A stretch of 64,000 nt of DNA from Podarcis cretensis (GCA_951804945.1 OX638159.1:24614001-24678000), one strand, 5' to 3'. Numbered from the stretch's first letter, positions 26,572-39,123 are shown. Program-made: numbers and translations. Notes: generated by a model not told the origin, from the letters alone.

Positions 26572-27769
26572 CCGTATTTTTCCTTCTATAACACGCAGAT
26601 TTTTTCTCCTAAAAAGGAAGGGGAAATGTCTGTGCGTGTTATTGAGCGAATGTGTGGTCCCTGGAGCCAATTGGTGCAAGGGGAGGCAAAAAAAAGCAGG
26701 CAAAAATCAAACCGCGCGTCTCCTAGAAGGGAAACCTGAAAAGAGGAAGCGGCTGCTTTCCTGCATTCTGCCTCAGGGTCTTACTGCCCACCCACCTCTG
26801 TTTCCTTGCTGTGTTTGCTCAAACGGAACAAAGAGCAGGGAAAGCCCCTCCCCTCCAGGCAAGCAGAGGGGAAAGCAGAGTGAAAACATGCAGGAGGGAG
26901 AGAGAGAGAGAGCGCGTGTGCGCGCGCGTGCGCGCGAGCTGCCTGGCTTGGGTGGGTAGGTGAGGGAAAACTTTTGCCTTCCTTTCCTCCCTCCCGTTAT
27001 ACCCCTCTCCTGCATTCTTAGCCAGCTGCTTCTCTGCACACCCCTCTCCTGCTCCTTGTCCCTTCTGTGTTTTTCCTTCCCTCCCCACTTAAAATGTGGT
27101 TAAAAAGCATGGATCCACATGGATCCTCAGGATCTTTGCATTGGGTCAGCCCAAATTCACCATCAGATCACATAGCATGTCCATGGCTACAGCCTGCCCC
27201 CCAAAAACCACACACCCACTGTTGCCTGGGGCTGCAATGGTGCAAAAACGTGGTTAAAAAGCATGGATCTACATGGATCCTCAGGATCTTTGCATTCAGT
27301 CACCCCAAATTCACCATCAGATCACATAGCATGTCCATAGTTACAGCCTGCCCCCCCAAAATCACGCACCCACTGTTGCCTGGGGCTGCAATGGTGCAAA
27401 AACGTGGTTACAAAACATGGATCCACATGGATCCTCAGGATCTTTGCATTGGGTCAGCCCAAATTCACCATCAGATCACATAGCATGTCCATGGCTACAG
27501 CCTGCCCCCCCAAAATTACGCACCCACTGTTGCCTGGGGCTGCAATGGTGCAAAAACGTGGTTACAAAGCATGGATCCACAGGGATTCTCAGGATTTTTG
27601 CATTGGGTCACCCCAAATTCACCATCAGATCACATGTCTGTGGCCACAGCATGAAGCACAAAAATGATACATCCACTGTTTCATTCAGAATGTTTTTTCC
27701 CTTGTTTTCTTCCTCTAAAAACGATGTGCGTGTTATGGTCAGGTGCGTGTTATAGAGCGAAAAATACGG
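26572..27769. mobile_element. Tc2/pogo-like non-autonomous DNA transposon, 1198 bp, nested
   Basis: TA|CCGTATTTTTC ... GAAAAATACGG|TA, with TA duplicated at 26570-26571 and 27770-27771. Confidence 0.88.
27091..27635. repeat. Tandem array of an ~154-bp unit (about 3.5 copies) inside the Tc2-like element
   Basis: The anchor gtggtta recurs at 27096, 27250, 27404 and 27558. Confidence 0.92.
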
Positions 27770-28384
27770 TAAGTACTTAATCCGAGGTACCACTGTACTT
27801 CTGTTGGGGACCAAGTTGGGATTCCCCCTCTAATTTATGGGTTGTCTAAATACTGTTGAAGCTTTTGTAAGTCTCATCACCTTTACCTTTCTGAACAAAA
27901 AGTGTGGAGTTGTTTACTCTTAGAATTCAAAGCGGATAGATCATGTGATGTCCTCAATCTGCAGGAAATTTTCCCAGAATATCCCCACACCCTTTCACTC
28001 TGATCTTAAAGAGGGAGAAGAGGCTTGCAAAAGCCTTGGGAGAGAGGGGGAAAGGGCACATTTTCCAGAGGTAGAAAAAGTTTCAGGAGGAAGGAAATGG
28101 GAAATGGGATGTGTTTGCAGTCTAGCATCATCTGTTGCCTACCTCTGAAAGTAGCAATCACTCCAGCTTGTGGTGTCATGTGGCCTAGAGAAGCTAGAAA
28201 AACAAGAAATTGATGAGGAGCTATATCAAATATGGGGTGAACAGTGGCTTCTCCTTCTGTTTTAGAGAGGAGAGAAGTCCATGCAAGTCAGAGACGGTGT
28301 GTCTGTTATAGGTCTCTGTTAACTAAAAAATATGGCAGTCATGTACAGTAGAACCTTATCCATACACCAACTTAACATTGGTAT

Positions 28385-28803
28385 TTCCTGGTATGTCCCA
28401 CAGAGGAACTTACGGTCTGCAAATAAAAACATATTGAAGATCCCAGGCCACAGAGAGGTTAGGCTGGCCTCAACTAGAGCCAGGGCCTTCTCGGCCGTGG
28501 CTCCAATCTGGTGGAACGCTCAGTCACAAGAGACTAGGGCCCTGCGGGACTTGACATCTTTCCGCAGGGCCTGCAAGACAGAGCTGTTCCGCCAGGCCTT
28601 TGGTCAGGGCGCAGCCTGACCCCCCTCCTCTGGCAATCTGCACAGAATTTTGCTTAATGGTTGCCATCAATTTGATTTTAATTAATTTTTATAATGAAAT
28701 GTTTTTAGAATCGTTGGATTATTTTGATTGTTGTTAGCCGCCCTGAGCCCAGCTTCGGCTGGGGAGGGCGGGATATAAATAAAATTTATTATTATTATTA
28801 TTA
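28385..28803 (+). mobile_element. L2-clade LINE 3' end
   Basis: Encodes YVPQRNLRSANKNILKIPG...RARAFSAVAPIWWNA...FRRACKTELFRQAF, then a 3' stem-loop (gccgccctgagccc...gggagggcgg) and a (TTA)n tail. Confidence 0.85.
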
Positions 28804-29829
28804 GGGCTTTCTGCTGATCTTTTTACCTAAGGAGCCAAGAAGGCAAAAAACTGTAATTATTTATTGTGGGTAGAGTATGAGTAGCAGTTTTTGTCAATTA
28901 ATAAGAGAATGGAAAAATATGTTGCCATTCCTATTTTAATTCTTGCTTCGTTTCTGTAGTTTGCTTAGTTTTATTGAATTAGCAAGAGGAGACTGAATAT
29001 GTATTTTGTTAGACTTCTTTACGTACTCTGGTTTGTCCACTAGCCAAACAGGGCTGCATGTATTTTACTGAGCTGCTCATGTAAACTTTAGCTGGAAAGT
29101 GAACAGTTAATCTTGTTTGAACCTGCAATTTCAGCACAATGGGTTTGCCAGAGTTGCTGATTCTGAAGTTGGTGTTAAAAAACAAAAAAGATGTGTGTGA
29201 GAGAGAGTTTTTAATGGACTTTTTGAAAAACCCTGGGGAACTCCTTATTTTGTGGGACTGTGATAGCTCAATACTGGAATATTTCAAAAACACCTCTAGA
29301 AGGGGAGCCCCCTACTCAAAATAACTTTGACTGACATAATTATAGTTTAGAAATGGCCTTATAAAGGATTTTTCCTGGCATGAGTTGATTTCTTATCAAA
29401 CTGTGCAGTGACAAGTGAGAAACAACAAGCTTCATTTTCTTCTGCTCTGTGACTCATTAGTTTTGTCTCATAAACACCTTATTATTCCACCTTGAACTTG
29501 TTTAAAGGTACAGAATGAAACTTAAAACCTTCAGCAGTTTTCCCAAGCCAATAAGTATCAGAGACAAACAGAAGGATGAAAAGAATTCTGTAAGATTCAG
29601 AATGTTTCATAAGATACAGTAGATACAGGTTCTTGCTGATGTTAAATAAGACTGATCAGATATTTTGACGTACTATAAGGATAGAATCTGGCTCCCCCCT
29701 CCCTAATTGACTTCCAAAAAGCAGCCTTGCCTACATAAGATTATCTTCATACTATAGCTTCAAATTATGAGTCTTTGAGCTAGAAGTACCAACCTTCCTT
29801 TTTTTTCTTTTGCAATAGGCTTTTGAAAG

Positions 29830-30225
29830 TCCCCCCAAGCCTTTCTCATGAATTATTGCTGCAAGGCAGCGGAGATTTAGGATCAGAGTTTTCCTTCTCC
29901 TAGATGGGCTACCTTCCCAGGTTGACGATCCCCATCTGACCCTCATTTCCCTTTACAGCATGTGCACTAACTGCCTTCTTGACTGTTGGGACAGACACTT
30001 GGTCTTGTCTGCTCACTCTGCCATAACCTGTCTTCTCATGCAGGGGAAGTCCCAAACTCACTGAGGGATTAAGACCCATTGGCTACCCTCACCTGGTTCA
30101 GCCTGCCAGGTTTAGCCTGGTTTAGCCTGAAGCCGTTTCCCATGCTGACAGCTTCTAGGAACCACAGGTGAGAACTGAATGCAAGGTGAGGACTAAAGGT
30201 GGACAAGCTACCCCAGAAGGAGTGT
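29830..30225 (-). mobile_element. 5' UTR-type fragment of an RTE-clade retrotransposon
   Basis: Minus strand contains ggtagcccatctaggagaaggaaaactctga, a motif I recognise from RTE 5' regions. No ORF is attached. Confidence 0.55.
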
Positions 30226-30241
30226 CCTCCACAAAAGATAT

Positions 30242-30591
30242 TAAAGGTAAAGGGACCCCTGCCCATTAGGTCCAGTCGCGGATGACTCTGGGGTTGTGGC
30301 GCTCATCTCACTTTATTGGCCAAGGGAGCTGGCGTACAGCTTCCGGGTCATGTGGCCAGCATGACTAAGCCAATTCTGGCAAACCAGAGCAGCGCACAGA
30401 AACACTGTTTACCTTCCCGCCGGAGCGGTACCTATTTATCTACTTGCACTTTGACATGCTTTCGAACTGCTAGGCTGGCAGGAGCTGGGACCGAACAACG
30501 GGATCTCACCCCGTCACGGGGATTTGAACTGCAACCTTCTGATTGGTAAGCCCAAGGCTCTGTGGTTTAACCCACAGTGCCACCTGTCTCC
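30242..30591 (-). mobile_element. Sauria SINE, full length
   Basis: Reverse complement of the 9766 copy, with the aaaggtaaaggg tail at the left end. Confidence 0.92.
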
Positions 30592-33064
30592 TAACACCCC
30601 ATACATTAGTACATGGTTACTGAAACATTAACATTGTTAGAGAGAGAAACCATAAACTATGGTTTATGATCAGAAAAAATTGGAATTCCGAACCACAGAT
30701 TAAAATAGATTAATGTTCACTTAGAGAGTTCTGATGGAACTCCATGGCAATGTAGAATTTTCCATGGAAACACTATGGAGTCATTATCTGAATTGAGACA
30801 AAGGGTATGCATCTCTTGAGTAAAAAATGTTTGCTTTTTTTAATACATATGCTTCATCAGCAAGTAAATTTGCATTTAATCTATTGCTTTGAATAACTTC
30901 CCTTCGTGTAGAAGCCTTCTCTTTTTCCCTCTCTCCCACACAATGCCTTTTCTGGATTGGTTGAAAGTGGACCTCATGCAAGAAAATTACAGCTACACTT
31001 AAGGGAGATCTGCCAACAAGGCAGTTTATTATCAGATATATCGCACAGCACAACTGCACCCTTGCGTCTTTAAAGCAGGTCGAGTCATTTAAAATCATAG
31101 TTACTTAGGACTGAAGTGTTATCTTTCATTTCCCAAGAAAGGAAAAAAGCATGTCATAGTGGGGAAAAACTAAAATAAAGAAAACTTAAAGTTGTGTATG
31201 AAAAGTTCTAAATTCACTTTTTTAGAAAATAAGAAAATCACACTCTAAACACACACACACATGTATATAAAATTACAGTTAAAGTAACCAGGAATGCCAG
31301 GAGCTGATATGAATCATCAGGAAAGCCCTGGGTGAATGTTCTCAGTTGCTTGCAGAGGCACCCAACTCTCAGTGGGTGACCATCGCCTGATATTCACAAG
31401 ATAAGCATTCCTAGAGCAGATTCTAAAAAAGTTATTTACACTTGTATTGAGACAGTAGGTTGATCCAGAGATCCATGATCATGGACAGGGGTGCTCTCAT
31501 GAACAGAATAGGGAGATTATTTTTGCATATTTTTCCAGCAGCCTTTTGTGTGAACAGAAATCTCTTCAGGGTAGGGAACCTAAGGAACAGTAAGGAAGTA
31601 GGGAAAGGGGGGCTGCAAAAATTGAATTCAAGTGCCTTTCACAAATGGAAGGTCCTGATGGATTCCACCCAGTGTGTTAAAACTTCTGTCAGTCTAACTG
31701 TATAGTTGTGTTTGTTTTATTATTTATCTAGTATGAATCAAACACATGTATATGCTAGGCTACTTCAAGATTGCACACTAATAAAAAAAATGGCAAGTTT
31801 TAAATGATGTGTTCATGCATTTAGGTTTTTTCTATATGCAAGTTCATAGTTTAGGGCCCCCAATGTAAAGTAGTAGCTGTTCATACTATATACTCATCTC
31901 AAGAAAATAATATATCTGTATTGCTCTTCATTTGTTCTATTATGATGTATAAAGCAGTTCTAGGTCCTTATTTGCTTAGAAATAAACAAATGAAAATATC
32001 ACTGTAACTTCTTAGAGGAAAATCTGGCAAGTAAAATCAAATACTCAAGCACATGAAGAGAAAAATATTGAACAACTCACTTTCTGGGATAGGAGACATA
32101 TTGGAAGGTACTTCCTGTGTGCTCTGGAATAAAAATATAACACTGCAAACTTAGCAAAAACAGGAACATTTAACACTTTCATGTTTTTTATATAATCTAA
32201 CCATGAATGCTCTACTAGAAATTGATCTGATATTGAACATGCAATAAAGAAAACTCATAGCAGCATATGGGAAACTCATCAAAATGGTTCCAACAAAATC
32301 CCAGCTTCACAGGTGTTGACCTTGTCATTATGGCCTGCAAGCACATTTTTCTTAGAATCTTATCATTGTGGTTTTCTACGATTTGGGTGGCTGACTGTGG
32401 ACAAGGCTTTCTGTTGACCTTAAAATAGTGACACCAAGTTGACTGGAGCAGGTGTTTTATTTTGTGTTTATTTGCTACGCATTTTATGAAAGTAAAAAGG
32501 GGGAAGAAGGTTAGAACTCAGAGCACAGGCCCCTTTTATTGATACAACTGCCGTTGTATCCTATTGGTCTGCTTTTAAAAAAAATATTAGCAACATGCGA
32601 TACGGCTTCTCATTTCCTTTATACTAAGTCTTGTGTATGCAAACTTTCAGAATATTTGGCAGGGATTGAATAATCGAGAAATTTAGGTTCTGAAGGACAC
32701 CCCAAACTTCAGGTAATAGAGGCTTGCCTGAATGTTCTTTGCCTTTTTTTAAAAAAAACAACACTCATCTGAAATTCTTCTTTGGAAATTCTTCTTATTG
32801 GATTTATTTTTTTTTAATGTGCTTTTTTCATAAGAATATTATTCTCCTGATGAAACTGAATCATAACTTAATTAACTCACTGGTCTAAATCCCATGTGCT
32901 TTATTCACATAAACAATTCCGGTCCTTCATTTAAGGCATTTAATGCTATCTAAGGTACATGTCATAAAAAAAAGTTTGCAGTTTGAGACAAATTTGGTGG
33001 TTTGTTTAGATTCAGAAACTTTATTATAATAGAAAATATGAGTTACAGAGCTGGAAATTTTTGA

Positions 33065-33441
33065 TAGGGATGAATGAATCTGTCAGTTTTGGTTTCTCTC
33101 AGTTTCTCATTTTTCCAATCTTAAGTTCATTTCTCCACATTTCTGCATCAGTTTGTGAATCCTCACAAAAAATTGTCAACATTTTAGTGCACATTTCTCC
33201 ATATATACCCATTTTATACACCATTTTCTCTAATACTACTTTCTGTATCCTATTTTCATTAATATGTGCATTTTTCTACATTACTTTCATGAACGTGTAC
33301 AGTTTGGGGCACACTTTTCCCCAATATACACATGTTTGTGTACACCTATCAGTTAAAGAATTATATTATTTGGGGAAGTGAAAATTAGGTAGATTTGCAT
33401 TGACACGTGAACCAAACCAGATTCCCCCCCCCCAATCCCTC
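33065..33441. mobile_element. Degenerate hAT-like non-autonomous element
   Basis: Termini tagggatg and caatccct with an AT-rich interior. No clear TSD. Confidence 0.45.
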
Positions 33442-33635
33442 ATTTCAGGCTGCCCCCAGTCAGGTTGTGGGGTGCTGGATCCACATAGTTGGGTTTGGGA
33501 ATATCATACAAGATCAAACTTTTGCTGCCTTTGCGGGGGGGGGGGGGGAACTTAGCTTCTTTCTAGTAGGCTATGCATGTATATTTGAAAATAAGAGTAC
33601 AAAGACACTACAGGTTTTCAGTACTCTCTCATCTA

Positions 33636-33988
33636 GGTAGAGGTAGAGGGACCCCTGACCATTAGGTCCAGTCGTGGCCGACTCTAGGGTTGCGGCGTTC
33701 ATCTCGCTTTATTGGCCGAGGGAGCCGGCGTACAGCTTCCGGGTCATGTGGCCAGCATGACTAAGCCTCTTCTGGCGAACCAGAGCAGCGCACGGAAACA
33801 CTGTTTACCTTCCTGCCAGAGCGGTACCTATTTATCTACTTGAACTTTGATGTGCTTTCGAACTGCTAGGTTGGCAAGAGCAGGGGCCAAGCAACAGGAG
33901 CTCACCCTGTTGCGGGGATTCGAACCGCCGATCTTCCGATCGGCAAGTCCTAGGCTCTGTGGTTTAACCCACAGTGCCACCCGTGTCC
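33636..33988 (-). mobile_element. Sauria SINE, full length, variant tail
   Basis: Intact B box. 14-bp TSD tactctctcatcta at 33622-33635 and 33989-34002. Confidence 0.93.
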
Positions 33989-34233
33989 TACTCTCTCATC
34001 TATAAGTAATCCAATAATATCCAGGGTCTTAATAATCCCTCAGGAAAATTGGGAGACTCCAACGTTAGCCTAGGAGCATGGTTCGAAATTAGCAAGGCGC
34101 CAGGCACATTTTGCACGTAAAGATTCTGCATTTGTGAGTACCTCCAAAAGTCTGGATGCCATTTCCTGTGCCTGGCTACACTCAAGGATTACTGAAATGT
34201 GTGTGCTTTGAAGTATTGAAGTATATGTTAAGG

Positions 34234-34369
34234 CAGGCATAGGCAAACTCAGCCCTCCATATGTTTTGGGACCACAGCTCCCATCATCCCTAGCTAACAG
34301 GACCAGTGGTCAGGGATGATGGGAGTTGTAGTCCCAAAACATCTGGAGTGCCAAGTTTGCCTATGCCTG
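34234..34369. mobile_element. Palindromic hAT MITE, 136 bp
   Basis: TIRs caggcataggcaaact and agtttgcctatgcctg, with a near-complete internal inverted repeat. Perfect 8-bp TSD tgttaagg at 34226-34233 and 34370-34377. Confidence 0.9.
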
Positions 34370-37300
34370 TGTTAAGGATAGGCAATATGGTAAGGAGTTT
34401 AACAATAAAGAGTAGGAGTGTTTTGAAAACTGCTGTATGGTACCAATCTTTTTATTGTAAACACCAAATTAAATGTGTATTAACAATTTAACAATCAACA
34501 ATGTGTCATTTATGGGAATTGCGTATTAGTTCATACTTATTGAAATAATAAATAAAAAGTGTTGCTGCCCCCCCCCCCCAAATGGCAACTGGACATTTTG
34601 TTTTGGCACCCACAACCCAGGTTCAGGAGCCATTTGTCTCCTATCTTTTCTATCCCAGTTTCTAACAGTGCCTAGGAGGAAAACCCAAGGGGTGCGCTAT
34701 CCCATTACTTCTCTTCTGGAAGCACCATATGGAAACTGAAATGTCATCTCTATTTCAATTAATGTATGTGTTCTGCCAGCAAGCACCTATGAAGGAAAAG
34801 CATACCAAGACTAGATTACTTATATACGTTCTTTCTGATGAATTAGATTTTACTCAAGTCAAGTTTTCAATAAATCAGTTAGACCGATATGCTTTCTGTG
34901 TGACAGACTGCTACTGAATCTCATTATTCATACATGTCTCTGTGATGTTACTGAATCAATTTGTGCTGTATCCATTTTGCACTCATGGATAGTTCACGCT
35001 CCCTTATGTGCATAAATAGTCAGCAGGCAATAATGGGAGATGTGGAGCAAAGAAGGTTGAAGCCTACGTTCCTGGGATTTGTAGCCCCAAGTTCTTTTTC
35101 ACTGAGAAAAAAAGTATATGTTTGCACACACGTACACACTCACATTGCCTCATCAATATGTAGAAAGCGGTAGCTAAATTAAAACCAGATGCTCTAGCAC
35201 TTTACAAATCAATCCTTTTACATTGTAACAGGCATAGTGTTAAACTGGGGTCTGGAAAAGGTCTTTGCATTGTCTGATTGGCAGAAGAGGGCCATGTCTA
35301 CATGTAATTGCTTGTTGGATGTAATTCTGTTGAGAGACACTGACTTGACATGCCTTTCCTGAAAAGGCCTCATCCAGAATAAAATGCTATCACAGAGCAT
35401 CCTTTTAATTGCAGCTGCATGGCCCACAGTAATTGTAAGCTACGGCATTATCACGTAGTATTCTGCTTCTAAATCAATTTGTACTTTTGCTTTATTCTTT
35501 CTGGTTAATGATTTGTTTGTTTAGGCCTTATGTACTGATGCTGCAATTCATCTTGTATTTATATCCTTCGAAACCAGTCATGATTTCTTATCAGTGTAGT
35601 AAATGTTGTTTTTTTAAACAAAAAGAAATTTAGACAAATAGAAGGAAGACAGTATACTAGCAGATCAGCATGCTCTCTAGAGTGCAAAAAGGTTTAATTC
35701 CGAAATTCAGTCATTCATGCATCTCATTGTCTTGTCTTTACTGTGCGCTTTGCTTGAACATGTTCAGAAACATTGCTTTTTCATTTTTGACACACAGTGC
35801 AATACTATTCTTTCAAACATAATTCTGGGGGAATCTTATAGTAGCCTCCTGAAGTGTAAATTCAAGAGTTATAAGTGAATGCCATTGCATTCCTATAATT
35901 TCCTAAGTATCTGTATTCATCTTCACAGAAATTAATCATAGGACTCATTCAATTAAGTGGGCAGGTAGCCTGAGAAACACCTTCCTATATAGGCAAAGAG
36001 TTTTAGATTATATCAAATCAATCTCTTCTCAACTCTTTACATTTGAGCAAGAGCCTCCAGCATGGTACCCTTCAGCATGGCTGATTGGGAATGATGGGGG
36101 TTGTAGTCTAATAACTTGGAGGGCACCATATATGCTGCCACTGCTTTTGCATACCTTACATGATTCACAGGGCACAGTAGCCTTCTTTAGACACCCCAAG
36201 CATATGTATTAAATGCTGAAAGAAAGAGCAGGAATGTGAAAGGTCCTACATTCATACAGATTCCTGCTCACATGAGAGAAGTTGTATATATGCTCCCACA
36301 CCCTTTCACATTGCTCCTAAATGAGTGGCCAGATGGCACTAGTATGAGGGATTTAAACAATTGGCATTTCTTCACTTTTCCATCACACAGTCACTGAATA
36401 TTTAAAAGGAATTGCCTAAAGAAGTCTGCCCTTATTATTATTCCGAATGCTGTTGGTTAAAGATAACAAAATTATGGTTGTGTGCTCACATATTGTAGGG
36501 TGTACCCTCTTATCTGATCTTTCCAGAGATTGTATTGCTTCTAAGAAAGTTTAGACACTCACCCACCCAATGAGAGTTTTCTTTTCAATATGCAGTTTAA
36601 TAATAATAAATAAAAAAACAAGTTGCACCAAACACAAGTTGCACCTGATATTAGGGTGGGTTGGTTTTCAAAGGAAAATAAATAATTTGCTTAAAATTGT
36701 TTATTTCATAGGAAAACACAACTTATCTAACATGGAGCACAAGCAACTTATCTATAATGTGTTTGTTCCCAATATTATAAATCCTGTATTTTTAAAGAGC
36801 CAAGCTCCAACCCTGTTTATTGAGAATACGGAATACTGAAGTTACTCCCTTGGTGTTAAGTCACCATAATATATTTTAAGCTAATGCAACAATTTGAACA
36901 TATCCCTGTTGAAAAAGTTTTTGGTGCACAAAATATTGTTTGAAACTTCAGCAGACCTTTGATCAAAAATAATGTTCATCCAGCAACCCGCTTTTAAGTG
37001 CAGATTCAAGACTGAGAAGTGGATGTCATTGCTTTGGCAAAGGTCCCATTTTGTGGCATTCAAAACATAGGCTGCAATCTAACTTTTGACCTTGTTCTCA
37101 TGAAAGGGTTATAGAGCCAGCAGATGCCTCTGCTATCAGGAGTAGAGGAGGGAGGTTATTTTTGATTGTCCCTCTCCGGTCTATAGTCCCCACAACCCTT
37201 TAAAATGAGCTTAAGAGAATTTGGTGGAAGTTGACATGGGAGGGGGCTGCAAGTGAAAAGCTAACTAGACAAAACAATTCCTCCACTCCCCTTTGGTTAG

Positions 37301-38742
37301 CAGAGAGATCCTCTGGATCAAAAGACTTTCCATGAGTGTTAAAGCAGTGCTGGGAAACATGTGGCCCTGCAGATGTTGGATTCCAGCTCCCAGATGCTGC
37401 AGGCAGCAGGGCTAATTATCAGGCATGACAAGACTTGGAGTCTAATAACATCTCAAGAGCCATAGGTTCTCCTGCCCTGATGCACCGGTACATAATACAT
37501 TAGCATACTACTAATGTTATGTAGCTTGAGTAAATCTGCCACAAAAGGAATTGGCTTTACTTGGAAAGTTGTTTCACATGGAAATATTTGGACAATGTTT
37601 TGCTGAGTGTAGCAAGCATTACATGATACAATGTTTTATGGTCTACTATTTTCAAAATATTCCATTTCACATTCCAACAAGTTACTTTAAAAACCAACAG
37701 TTGTCTTTGAAAGTTGCATGTTTCTGATTTTACTTTAGTACTTGTTACTAAAATTAGTTATTGTTGCTAAAATACCTACGAATCATCTGAAAGGATTCCT
37801 TTTTTTAAAAGAACTTAAGGATTTAAGAAAAATCAAGATTTTTTTTGTCACATAATGTTTTCATATGGATGTTTCCCATTGGCTTGCTTCTCCTTACCCA
37901 CAAGTCATTAGAAGCCAAATCTGGGCCAGGACAGCTTTTAAAAATTGTTTAATTAGGTGCAGATATAAATCAAGCCTTGTGTTTAGTACATTTCATGCTG
38001 GGGGAGGGGGAGTCTGCAGTATGACTATGCATATGAAAAGAAATGGAACTTCACCTATGTTTGTCAATAGGTTCAGATTTATTCATTAGATATAGTAAAA
38101 TGTAATGTGCATGGGAGCAGTTGCAGGCATTCTTTTCTGTTAAATGGGTGACTTTTTATTTTAAATTTTTTCAAGAATAGACAGTCTGCTTCAATAAATC
38201 ATTGTGGTCTCTATTATGCTGGTTCTGAATGGATGCAGATGCTAACTGGACCAAAGTGATGGCTTTTACAGTTCATTGGGGATCTTGTGAGGAGGGAAAA
38301 GCAATTTGCACTGAGTGAAGTGAAGAAAATTTCCATTACTAAATTGCTCTGAGCTCTAACTGCAAGGAGACACCACTGATTTTCTTAAATCCCTGTATGT
38401 CTGTGTGGAGGGAAGAATTGGGGAATAAAACAAGCTTTTGCCTGCATACCATCTTTGAGGCAGGGAAGAAAATTAAGAGCTTTATTTGGGAGAAAACAGG
38501 CAGTGCTCCTGACATACTAGGTCTATAACAGAGTCTGAATTACTTTCCCTCCACATAGATAAATATTCCTTCTCTGTTTCCGGCAATACATTTCGCCAGA
38601 GTTTAAACATATATTTCTGCTTATTTTCCTCAGGATAGAAACCCATTTGCACAGGCTTTGCCAATATTTTTGGGACTGTGGGCATGTTTGAAAAGCAGAG
38701 AAACGGTTGTGGTAGCACACACTCAACACAATCATACACTTA

Positions 38743-39123
38743 CTGGGCAATATCTGGTTTTCAACATCGCGATATATCACCAGCTAAACATTGCGATATA
38801 CTGATATATCACAATGTCTGAAATAAGGATGGAGCTTTGTAGAGGCATTGGCTGGCTTCATGGTTTTTCCCACATTGTGATTTTTGCATAGCACACACAC
38901 ATCATGATTAGCAATATATTGCCAGGTCAAAAATCATGAAACCAATATCTTGATATGGATTTGAAACTGGTTTTGGATGATATATTGCCTAGCCCTAACA
39001 CACAACATGATTTGTGATCTATTTGCCAGGTCAAAAACTATGAAATCGGTATCAGAATATGGACTTCAAACCAGTTTTGGACGATATATATCATGGTATA
39101 TATCAACATGTCACCCAGCCCTA
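38743..39123. mobile_element. hAT-like non-autonomous element with duplicated right end
   Basis: Subterminal cgatata/gatatatc motifs and two right termini: gcctagcccta (ends 38997) and acccagcccta (ends 39123). Confidence 0.65.

Larger units (their letters stand above)
26370..27795. mobile_element. Tc1/mariner(Tigger)-like MITE (about 226 bp without the insert), interrupted by a Tc2-like element
   Basis: TA|CAGTGGTACCT ... AGGTACCACTG|TA. The host sequence gaatTA...TAagtact is split at the duplicated TA. Confidence 0.88.

Noticed and set aside
27100-27135. Hammerhead core (minus-strand CTGAGGA plus hairpin) in the 154-bp unit
   Set aside because: No GAAA follows the hairpin and no stem I or III can be formed.
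27091-27635. Regular repeats as a CRISPR array or a repeat-protein gene (ORFs 27067, 27404, 27417)
   Set aside because: The units are contiguous with no unique spacers, the context is eukaryotic, the 154-bp period shifts frame each unit, and the array sits inside a TIR/TA-bounded MITE.
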